44,400 bases of DNA, from assembly GCA_964392345.1 (NCBI GenBank), contig CAYMPQ010000004.1, forward strand, positions 1 through 44,400. The letters run 5' to 3'. How positions within the stretch are numbered: position 1 is the first letter of the stretch; each line of letters starts with the position of its first letter. Made by a program: the position numbers and the translations under genes. This document shows positions 36,233-44,400 of the stretch, one piece after another. The notes beneath the pieces were generated by a model. That model saw only the letters and a list, made by a program, of their open reading frames with translations. It was not told where the DNA came from and searched no databases. This stretch comes from an uncultured Actinomycetota bacterium. Lineage in GTDB: Bacteria > Actinomycetota > Humimicrobiia > Humimicrobiales > Humimicrobiaceae.

Positions 36233-36682
36233 CTACTGAGTAGTTTTGCAATACGGACAAACCTTCCAGTTTAGGTTCAGTGGTTTTCCACATTTTGTAC
36301 ATGAGTTTTTTAATTTTTTCCTGCAGTAAGGACACACAAGATAATCTTCCTTTGTTCCATTGCCGCAAGCAGGGCACTTAGTTTGTTTGGAATTTAGAAG
36401 CATCTCCATCCTTTTAATTTCCATGTCCCTTTCAATTATGTCATCTATAAATTCTGGGGGCCTGAGTATTAAATATAATATTAAACCTAAAAAATTTAAT
36501 GCCAGTACAACAAATGCCCAGAAAAATGGTGCTGAATTTCTTAGCTTTGCATCCCTGTAAGTCCAATAAACAAAAGACAGCCAGATAATTATTAAAAAGA
36601 AGATAGATGCATATATAAGATTCCTCCAGATTGGAAGTCTAAAAAATTCTAAAATCTTATTTATATACTCAAATAAATCCAT
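36233..36682 (-). CDS. Membrane protein with C-terminal double zinc ribbon
   Basis: TM region WTYRDAKLR...W...LYLILRPPE followed by four CxxC pairs (CPAC, CPYC, CTKC, CPYC). Confidence 0.88.
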   Translation of the reverse strand: MDLFEYINKILEFFRLPIWRNLIYASIFFLIIIWLSFVYWTYRDAKLRNSAPFFWAFVVLALNFLGLILYLILRPPEFIDDIIERDMEIKRMEMLLNSKQTKCPACGNGTKEDYLVCPYCRKKLKNSCTKCGKPLNLNWKVCPYCKTTQ

Positions 36683-36734
36683 AAAACCCCCAAATTTTAA
36701 TTTTATTTTTCACTTTAGGCTACATTTATGCTAT

Positions 36735-38063
36735 TTAGTAAATCATACTGCCTAAATTTTCCAAATTAGTTATGGAACCAGTAATGCATATAATATCATT
36801 ACTTTTAGAAAAGTTTAAAGCGAAATTTAAAGAATTTTCGATATTGTCCACACTGTATATGCTTGATGGCACGCTTTTTTTCTTTTCTCCCCTCAGATTT
36901 TTTATCTTTAAAACCTCATTTTGCAGCTTACCGATATCCAGACTTCTACTATTTAAGCTGGATGTTAAAATCAATATATCACTTATACCAAGGATGTAGG
37001 AAATCATTTTCCTGTAATCCTTATCCCTGAGCACCGCAAAAATAATTATTTTTCTTCTTTTGCCAAAATAACCACTTATATTTTTCACTAAATTTTTTAT
37101 ACCTTCAAGATTATGAGATGCATCTGCTATCACCAATGGATTTTTCTTTAGTATTTCAAATCTTCCCTTAATTTTAAGTGAAAGCATGCTTTCTTTTAAC
37201 AATTTTTCATTCACCTTTTCCCCATATATACCGAGATAAAGCTCTGCCATAGTTAAAGCCAGAGACAAATTAAATTTCTGATATTCTCCAAGCAGAGGCA
37301 ATTTTAAATTTTTATATACCGCCCTGGTTCCCCTGACATCCAGGTTCCCGCCACATACATCTCCTTTATTTATATTCAGTACGCAAAAATCATCTCCGAA
37401 GACAAAAAGTTTAGAAAAAGAGTCCCTAACCTTTTTTTCAATAACGTCTAAAACCTTCCTGTCCCTGCTTAATGTCGCAACAAGAGCTTTATTCTTTATA
37501 ACCTCGACTTTTTCCAAAGCAATTTTTTCTATAGTGCTTCCCAATATCTTTGTATGCTCCGAACTTATACCTGTCAGCCCGACTACTTTTGATTCTGCAA
37601 CATTGGTTGCGTCCCATCTTCCGCCCATTCCAGCCTCAAGCACCATTACATCCAGCTTTTCCTCTTCCCCAAGTTTAAATGCCATAGCAGTAAGTATTTC
37701 AAATTGTGTCAAATGCCCGCCTAAATCCATTCTATTGACTTCTTCGGCACATGGGTATATGTCTCCAAATAACTTTGTAAATCTATCTTCTGACACTTCT
37801 TTGCCAGAAATCCACATTCTCTCTGTGTAACTATCTATATGTGGAGAAATATAATATCCGCATTTTTTACCATGCTTGTACAATATAGAAGCTGCCATTA
37901 TAGTTGTAGAAGTTTTGCCATTTGTGCCGACTACATGAATAAAATCATATTTTTTATGGGGATTGCCAAGAAGGTCAAGAACTTTCCTTATTCTTGCAAG
38001 ATCCGGCTTTATGCCGAATATAAGACAATTATCTAAGTATCTGCATACCTGCTCGTATTTCAC
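36735..38063 (-). CDS. folC: Folylpolyglutamate synthase/dihydrofolate synthase
   Basis: IHVVGTNGKTST, SPH, EAGMGGRWDATN, GRFE, DASHN and ITGS. Confidence 0.96.
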   Translation of the reverse strand: MKYEQVCRYLDNCLIFGIKPDLARIRKVLDLLGNPHKKYDFIHVVGTNGKTSTTIMAASILYKHGKKCGYYISPHIDSYTERMWISGKEVSEDRFTKLFGDIYPCAEEVNRMDLGGHLTQFEILTAMAFKLGEEEKLDVMVLEAGMGGRWDATNVAESKVVGLTGISSEHTKILGSTIEKIALEKVEVIKNKALVATLSRDRKVLDVIEKKVRDSFSKLFVFGDDFCVLNINKGDVCGGNLDVRGTRAVYKNLKLPLLGEYQKFNLSLALTMAELYLGIYGEKVNEKLLKESMLSLKIKGRFEILKKNPLVIADASHNLEGIKNLVKNISGYFGKRRKIIIFAVLRDKDYRKMISYILGISDILILTSSLNSRSLDIGKLQNEVLKIKNLRGEKKKSVPSSIYSVDNIENSLNFALNFSKSNDIICITGSITNLENLGSMIY

Positions 38064-38090
38064 TTTCTTTCGCTTTTATTCCTGCCTATT

Positions 38091-40769
38091 TTATTTTCTT
38101 ATATTTTTAATTTTTTCCAACTGCTCATCCAATACTTTAATAACTTTAGTGAATTGAGCCAGTTTTTCTTTTTCTTTGTTTACAATTTCTTCCGGCGCTT
38201 TTTTTAAAAAATCCTTGTTTGAAATCTTCTTGCTGCTTTTTTCTGCATCAATTTTTACTTTTTTAATCTCACCGGTAATTCTGCTGATCTCCAGCTCTAT
38301 GTCAACAACATCCAGTATATAAATATATATGTCTACATCGCCTTTTGTGGCTTTAACATACCCCTTCTGGTCCAGACTATTTTTAAATTCCAGACTGCCT
38401 ACCTTAGCCAAATTGTGAATATATGCTTTATTTTCTTCTAATATATCTTCCTTAATTTTATCTTTAGTTACAAGACTAACCTTAACTTTGCTGGAAGGAT
38501 TTATTTTAAGCTCGGATCTTATCTTTCTGATTTCACCAATTACATCAAAAAGAACCTTTATCTTTTCTTCTGCTTCCTCATCTGTCTGGCTCCCGTCAAA
38601 TTCAGGAAATTTGCTTATCATTATGCTCTCTCCATCACTGCAAATATTTTGCCATATTTTTTCAGTTACCATCGGCATGAAAGGATGGAGGAGCCTTAGA
38701 TATTTTTCAAGCACGGTCCACAACACATAACAGGCAGTTTTTTTCTCTTTATCATCTTTTGACAGGTAAATCCTGCTTTTAGTAGTTTCAAGGTACCAGT
38801 CGCAATATTCGCCCCAGAAAAAATCATACAAGAGCCTTGAGGCAAAAGAAAAATTATATTTTTTTAAATATTTTTCTACTCCTTTTATTGTGCCGTTTAA
38901 CCTGCTTAAAATCCACCTGTCCCATATATTCAAGCTAAGGTCTTCCATATCAATATTTTTAATGTCGCCTGCACATTCTGTGTTGGAAATTACAAATTTA
39001 GACGCGTTCCATAGCTTATTTGCAAAATTTCTCATTCCAGCTATTCTTTCTTCCCCTAAAAGCAAATTTTTTCCGGGAGTAGCCAGTGAGGTTAATGTAA
39101 ATCGTAAGACATCAGCGCCATACTTATTGATTATCTCCACTGGATCCACAACATTACCCTTGGATTTGCTCATCTTGCGTCCCTTGGGATCACTTACCAA
39201 TGGATTTATAAATACTTCCTTAAATGGAATATCTCTAGTAAAATACAGGCTCATCATAATCATCCTTGCTACCCAGAAAAAAACAATATCATGACCCGTT
39301 ATTAGTAAGCTTGTCGGAAAGAAATGTTTTAGCTCATCCGTCTCATCGGGCCATCCCATAACAGCAAAGGGCCAGAGGCATGAGCTAAACCATGTATCAA
39401 GAACATCGCTGTCCTGTTCCAAGTTATTGCTGCCGCAATTGGAACACTCGTTAGGTGTGCTTTCACTTACCATTATCTCGCTGCAACTCTTACAATACCA
39501 CACAGGGATTCTGTGCCCCCACCAGAGCTGCCGTGAAATGCACCAATCTCTTATATTTTCCATCCAGCTAAAATATATCTTTTCCCATTTTTTGGGTTTT
39601 ATTTTTACCCTGCCTTCTCTTACCGCAGCAATAGCTGGATTTGCTAATTTTTTCATTGAAACAAACCATTGCATGGAAATTCTTGGCTCAACTACGGTAC
39701 TGCACCTTGAACAAAAGCCAACTGAAGATTTGTGGTCCCTTTTACCAGCCAGATAGCCCTGCTCCCTTAAATCTTCTAAAACTTTTTCCCTTGCTTTGTA
39801 TCTATCAAGTCCGGCATATTTACCAGCATTAGAGTTTAAGCTAGCATCTTCGTTCATTATGTTTATCTCTTTTAATCCATGCCTCTTGCCAATCTCAAAA
39901 TCATTGGGGTCATGAGCAGGAGTAACCTTAACGGCACCTGTGCCAAAATCCATATCCACAAAATCATTTTCAACTATCGGTATTTTTCTGTCAGTAAGAG
40001 GGAGAAAAACTAATCTGCCTTTATATCTTTTGTACCGCCTGTCTTTAGGATTTATTGCTACAGCAGTATCCCCGAGCATTGTTTCGGGTCTTGTCGTAGA
40101 AACAATTATATATTCGCTGCTGCTGGGCTTGCCGCTTTCAATGTCTATCAAAGGGTACTTTATATCCCACAGGCTTCCGCTTTTTTCTGCATGTTCCACC
40201 TCAATATCTGAAATAGCGGTCCTGCATCTTGGGCACCAATTTATCATATAATTTCCCCTGTAAATGAGCCCATCATTGTACAAAGAAACAAATTCTCTGG
40301 TTACTGCACGGCTATAGTTTTCGTCTAATGTAAATCTCTCGCGGTCCCAATCACAGGAGCACCCTAAAAACTCAAGTTGTGACTTAATCCTGCTGCCGTA
40401 TTTTTCTTTCCACTGCCACACATTTTCTACAAATTTTTCCCTGCCAAGCTTAAATCTATTTGTACCACTTTTTTCAAGCTCTCTCTCTACAACATTTTGA
40501 GTAGCTATCCCGGCATGATCAGTCCCGGGTATCCATGTAGTATTAAAACCCTTCATTCTCATATATCTGACCATTACATCCTGAAGAGTATTGTTTAAGG
40601 CATGCCCAATATGTAAATACCCGGTAACATTCGGGGGAGGGATTGCCATACTAAATGGTACTTTAGAGAAATCAACATCATCGTGAAAATATTTCTTTTT
40701 CAACCAGAATGAGTAAATGTCCTTTTCGAAATCCAGAGGATTGTACTTATTTTTTATTTCACCGCGCAT
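38091..40769 (-). CDS. valS: Valine--tRNA ligase
   Basis: PPPNVTGYLHIGH, DHAGIATQ, WCISRQLWWGHRIP, KMSKS and a C-terminal coiled coil. Confidence 0.98.
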   Translation of the reverse strand: MRGEIKNKYNPLDFEKDIYSFWLKKKYFHDDVDFSKVPFSMAIPPPNVTGYLHIGHALNNTLQDVMVRYMRMKGFNTTWIPGTDHAGIATQNVVERELEKSGTNRFKLGREKFVENVWQWKEKYGSRIKSQLEFLGCSCDWDRERFTLDENYSRAVTREFVSLYNDGLIYRGNYMINWCPRCRTAISDIEVEHAEKSGSLWDIKYPLIDIESGKPSSSEYIIVSTTRPETMLGDTAVAINPKDRRYKRYKGRLVFLPLTDRKIPIVENDFVDMDFGTGAVKVTPAHDPNDFEIGKRHGLKEINIMNEDASLNSNAGKYAGLDRYKAREKVLEDLREQGYLAGKRDHKSSVGFCSRCSTVVEPRISMQWFVSMKKLANPAIAAVREGRVKIKPKKWEKIYFSWMENIRDWCISRQLWWGHRIPVWYCKSCSEIMVSESTPNECSNCGSNNLEQDSDVLDTWFSSCLWPFAVMGWPDETDELKHFFPTSLLITGHDIVFFWVARMIMMSLYFTRDIPFKEVFINPLVSDPKGRKMSKSKGNVVDPVEIINKYGADVLRFTLTSLATPGKNLLLGEERIAGMRNFANKLWNASKFVISNTECAGDIKNIDMEDLSLNIWDRWILSRLNGTIKGVEKYLKKYNFSFASRLLYDFFWGEYCDWYLETTKSRIYLSKDDKEKKTACYVLWTVLEKYLRLLHPFMPMVTEKIWQNICSDGESIMISKFPEFDGSQTDEEAEEKIKVLFDVIGEIRKIRSELKINPSSKVKVSLVTKDKIKEDILEENKAYIHNLAKVGSLEFKNSLDQKGYVKATKGDVDIYIYILDVVDIELEISRITGEIKKVKIDAEKSSKKISNKDFLKKAPEEIVNKEKEKLAQFTKVIKVLDEQLEKIKNIRK

Positions 40770-40770
40770 T

Positions 40771-42051
40771 TCAGGCTAATTTCTTTTTATCTTTTAGAAG
40801 ATCTTCACTTTCAGAACTGAAAACCAGGGAAGACTCTGTCTTTTTTTCTACCATTTCTTTTGTTATAACACATTTTTTTATGTTTTTGCGATTGGGTATT
40901 TCAAACATGATGTTCAACATGGTTTCTTCCATAATCGATCTTAAACCTCTCGCACCAGTCCCTCTCTTCTGAGCTAAATGTGCAATAGTTTTTAAAGCAT
41001 CTTCTTCAAATATTAAATCTACATTATCCAGGCTAAACATCTTTTTGTATTGCTTAACAAGAGAATTCTTTGGTTCTGTTAAAATTCTAACCAGGTCATC
41101 CTTAGTCAGGCTTGAAAGAGTGCCTGCTACGGGAAGCCTTCCTATGAATTCTGGAATTAATCCATATTTAAGCAAATCTTCCGGCATAACCTGCGGTAAA
41201 AGCAAATCACATTTTTCCACTTTGTTCGGAATTCTGTCAGATATAAAACCTACGCTGTTTTTATTTATTCTTTTTTCAATTATTTTTTCAAGTCCCCCGA
41301 ATGAACCTCCGCAAATAAACAAAATATTGGTAGTATTGATTTGAATAAAATCCTGATGCGGATGCTTCCTTCCACCATGTGGAGGAACATTAGCATCAGT
41401 TCCTTCCAGGATTTTAAGAAGGGCCTGCTGTACGCCTTCACCAGACACATCCCTTGTAATAGAAGGATTTTCAGATTTACGGCTCACCTTGTCTATCTCA
41501 TCTATGTATACAATACCAGTTTCAGCTTTTTTTATATCAAAATCTGCTGCTTGTATTAATCTGAGCAGTATGTTCTCAACATCCTCGCCAACATATCCTG
41601 CCTCAGTAAGTGCCGTCGCATCTGTAATACAAAATGGAACATTCAGTATCCTTGCAAGTGTTTGTGCCAAAAGAGTTTTTCCACAGCCGGTAGGTCCGAG
41701 AAGCAGGATATTGCTTTTTTGAATTTCAACATCATCACTGCTTAATACATCTTCATATTTTACTCTTTTGTAGTGATTATATACTGCCACTGAAAGTATC
41801 TTTTTTGCCATCTCCTGGCCTATAACATAGTCGTTCAGCACTGAATAAATCTCGCTTGGCCGCGGCAGATCCTTAAAATCTACTTCTTTCTCTTCCTTTA
41901 GCTCTTCATCTATTATCTCGTTGCACAATTCAACACATTCATCACAGATATAAATCCCCGGTCCTGCTATAAGTTTTTTCACCTGCTTCTGGGATTTCCC
42001 GCAAAAAGAACATTTCAAAAAATTATTTCTTTTTTCATCATTTTGAGTCAA
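40771..42051 (-). CDS. clpX: ATP-dependent Clp protease ATP-binding subunit ClpX
   Basis: CSFCGK...CDEC zinc domain, [21 protein letters not shown] and VGF loop. Confidence 0.98.
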   Translation of the reverse strand: MTQNDEKRNNFLKCSFCGKSQKQVKKLIAGPGIYICDECVELCNEIIDEELKEEKEVDFKDLPRPSEIYSVLNDYVIGQEMAKKILSVAVYNHYKRVKYEDVLSSDDVEIQKSNILLLGPTGCGKTLLAQTLARILNVPFCITDATALTEAGYVGEDVENILLRLIQAADFDIKKAETGIVYIDEIDKVSRKSENPSITRDVSGEGVQQALLKILEGTDANVPPHGGRKHPHQDFIQINTTNILFICGGSFGGLEKIIEKRINKNSVGFISDRIPNKVEKCDLLLPQVMPEDLLKYGLIPEFIGRLPVAGTLSSLTKDDLVRILTEPKNSLVKQYKKMFSLDNVDLIFEEDALKTIAHLAQKRGTGARGLRSIMEETMLNIMFEIPNRKNIKKCVITKEMVEKKTESSLVFSSESEDLLKDKKKLA

Positions 42052-42124
42052 ATTTACACATACTCCTTTTATATAATTTTATTTTTTAAAATTCCTAATA
42101 TTTTTAAGATTTTATCTGGCTGCA

Positions 42125-42724
42125 TTATTTCTTATAAATTACTTCATCTATTATTCCGTAATCTTTAGCCTCCTGTGCACTCATAATAAAATCTCTCTCT
42201 GTATCCTTTGCCACTTTTTTAAAACTCTGCCCTGTGTGTTCAGCAATTATTTCATTTAGCAGCTTTCTCATTCTGACCATTTCCTTTGTATGAATTTCAA
42301 CATCCATTGTAGTGCCTGAAACTCCGCCTGAAGGCTGGTGCAGTAGAACCCTTGCGTTTGGAAGCGCAAATCTCTTACCACTTTCTCCGGATAAAAGCAG
42401 TACTGCAGCAGCACTTGCAGCCTGGCCAATGCAAATAGTAGAAACCGAAGACCTTATAAACTTCATTGTGTCATAAATTGCAAAAGTAGACGTTATGGCT
42501 CCGCCCGGGCAATTTATATACAGGTGTATATCTTTTTCGGGGTCTTCAGCCTCAAGATGCAGCATCTGGGCCATAATTACATTTGCTACATTATCATCTA
42601 TTGACTGCCCTAAAAAAATAATTCTCTCTTTTAGCAGCCGAGAATAAATATCAAAGGATCTTTCTCCTCTGTCAGTCTGCTCAATTACCATAGGAATTAG
42701 ATAACCGCTCATATTCACCATCAC
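42125..42724 (-). CDS. clpP: ATP-dependent Clp protease proteolytic subunit
   Basis: [30 protein letters not shown] and [18 protein letters not shown]. Confidence 0.98.
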   Translation of the reverse strand: MMVNMSGYLIPMVIEQTDRGERSFDIYSRLLKERIIFLGQSIDDNVANVIMAQMLHLEAEDPEKDIHLYINCPGGAITSTFAIYDTMKFIRSSVSTICIGQAASAAAVLLLSGESGKRFALPNARVLLHQPSGGVSGTTMDVEIHTKEMVRMRKLLNEIIAEHTGQSFKKVAKDTERDFIMSAQEAKDYGIIDEVIYKK

Positions 42725-44160
42725 TCTTTCTTATTTTTTTTACTTGGGGTCCATAATTTTTTATCTGAATTTTTTACATCCGGCTTATTATTCCCTGGTA
42801 GCAATAATTTCTTCTTTTTATCTTCACCGGTATCATTTTTTTCTTCCTCAACAATTTTTGCATTTTTAATCAAAAAATCAATTATTTTTCTTCTTCTAAT
42901 GGATCCAATTAAATTTTTCTTACCATCTTCACTCTCTATAAATTCTTTTATTTTATTTTTATCTTCTTCTTTTTTATATTCGCTTAAAATATTTTCTTTC
43001 TCTTTTTTAATTTCATCTTCCGTAGGCTCTATGTTATTTTTTTCTGCTTTTTCCAGCGCTTCAATTATAATATATTCCTTTATTTCATCAACGGCCCTTT
43101 TCTTGATTTCTTCATCAAATTTATCTTCAGTGATATTTAAAGCTTTCAAATAGTTTTTTTTGCTTACTTTCTGTTCATTCAGCCTTTTTTCAAATCCATC
43201 CCTGATTATATTTAACCTATTTTTTATCATTGCAGGCGGTATATCTATTTTTGTATTCTCCACAAGGTACTTAAACACATCTTCTATTATCCTGTTCCTC
43301 CTGGCAATCTTTTTCTGCTCACTTAGCTTACCCTCAATATAACTTTTAAATTCATCTATGTCTTTATAGTCACCCATATTTTTTAGAAAATCTTCATCTA
43401 CCTCCGGCAGCACTTTGCGCTTAATTTCCTTGATTGCTATATCAAAATCTGCTTGCTTGCCGGTTAATTCCCTGTTTTCTATATTATCAGGCAATGTAAT
43501 CGTAATACTTTTTTTATCGCCTTTTTTCATTCCAACAAGGGTATCTTCAAATTCCTTAAATAAGGTATTGGAACCTATCTCCAGTACATAATCCTCTGCA
43601 CTTCCGCCTTCAAACTCTTTCCCGTCTATTTTCCCGGTAAAGTCTATGGTAACATAGTCACCTTTCACTGCCAGCTTATCATCTTCGACAGGCTCAAGTG
43701 ATGCAAATTTATTTCTAATATTGGTAACCTGCTTTTCAACTTCTTCATCTGTGACTTCTGTAGATAAACCCGCTGCTTTGATTCCCTTGTATGTGGGAAG
43801 TTTTGGTTGCGGTTCCACATCTACCACAACTTCAAACCCCAGAGGCAAGTCCTCTTCCAGCTGGGTAATATTTATTTTAGGATGATCAATAGGCTTTATG
43901 TCTTCACTCATTATTATTTCAGGATACAATTCAGAAATTGATATGCTCGCAGCTTCACTAAGTACATATTTTTTCCCAAAGTTTAAATCTATTATCTGGT
44001 TTGGGATCTTACCTTTTCTAAAACCAGGGATCTTCGCTTTATTTGATATATCTTTATATGCTTTATTGACAGATTTTCTAAGATAACTGTTTGCAATCTC
44101 TAAATTTAACTTTACCTTATCCCCGTCTATCCTTTCTAAATTTTTTACCTTGTAACTCAA
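42721..44160 (-). CDS. tig: Trigger factor
   Basis: [10 protein letters not shown] signature and FKBP-like [15 protein letters not shown]; upstream of clpP-clpX. Confidence 0.97.
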   Translation of the reverse strand: MSYKVKNLERIDGDKVKLNLEIANSYLRKSVNKAYKDISNKAKIPGFRKGKIPNQIIDLNFGKKYVLSEAASISISELYPEIIMSEDIKPIDHPKINITQLEEDLPLGFEVVVDVEPQPKLPTYKGIKAAGLSTEVTDEEVEKQVTNIRNKFASLEPVEDDKLAVKGDYVTIDFTGKIDGKEFEGGSAEDYVLEIGSNTLFKEFEDTLVGMKKGDKKSITITLPDNIENRELTGKQADFDIAIKEIKRKVLPEVDEDFLKNMGDYKDIDEFKSYIEGKLSEQKKIARRNRIIEDVFKYLVENTKIDIPPAMIKNRLNIIRDGFEKRLNEQKVSKKNYLKALNITEDKFDEEIKKRAVDEIKEYIIIEALEKAEKNNIEPTEDEIKKEKENILSEYKKEEDKNKIKEFIESEDGKKNLIGSIRRRKIIDFLIKNAKIVEEEKNDTGEDKKKKLLLPGNNKPDVKNSDKKLWTPSKKNKKE

Positions 44161-44400
44161 ATAAAATACTCCTTACAACCTTCAGTTTACATTTTAAATC
44201 TATAATATTTACCAACCTGCACTGCATTAGTTCCAACAACAAGCTGCGGCAACTATAAAATAATATTAAACGCCTAATCAAACCAAACTAAATACCTATC
44301 TCAGCTACAGGTTATTTATTATAATGAAAAAAAAATAAAATACAAATACACTCTCCCCAGCCAATCGCTGCTTTCTTCTCTTTCCGCCAGCAAGTTCCAT

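Noticed and set aside
44161-44400. tRNA genes often found upstream of tig
   Set aside because: No cloverleaf or T-loop GTTCRA motif on either strand within the window.

Overview
A low-GC (roughly one third G+C by eye) bacterial chromosome segment, mostly housekeeping genes on the minus strand. Reading right to left: tig-clpP-clpX-valS-folC-zinc-ribbon protein-ndk-DUF4321-mreBCD-pbp2-rodA-radical SAM pair-RNase E/G-rplU-rpmA-[MFS, RHH/VapC toxin-antitoxin]-obg-proB-proA-nadD-yqeK-LCP-rsfS-leuS-[3-kb accessory patch]-comEA-comEC-holA-(rpsT, + strand)-murJ-lepA-lipoprotein-fhs (partial). The gene order, an L27 without N-terminal extension or prp gene, and fhs suggest a deep-branching low-GC anaerobic Actinomycetota such as Ca. 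Humimicrobiia; this is inference, not a database result. The accessory patch (about 10.1-13.0 kb, next to the competence genes) holds a collapsed DDE transposase, an RHH/PIN toxin-antitoxin pair, a PfpI protein and a mosaic of 100-210 bp scraps of unrelated genes (V-ATPase subunit D, IS91 transposase, a possible CoA-transferase, RepA_N). The IS91 scrap carries a clean 24-bp micro-inversion. Other notable points are an apparent AUU start for rplU behind a start-stop mini-ORF, an Obg with a rewritten ribosome-contacting loop, an LCP protein lacking its catalytic residues, and several intergenic long-loop hairpins. I found no rRNA, tRNA or CRISPR array and no complete novel multi-gene system. All family assignments come from motif recognition by eye.
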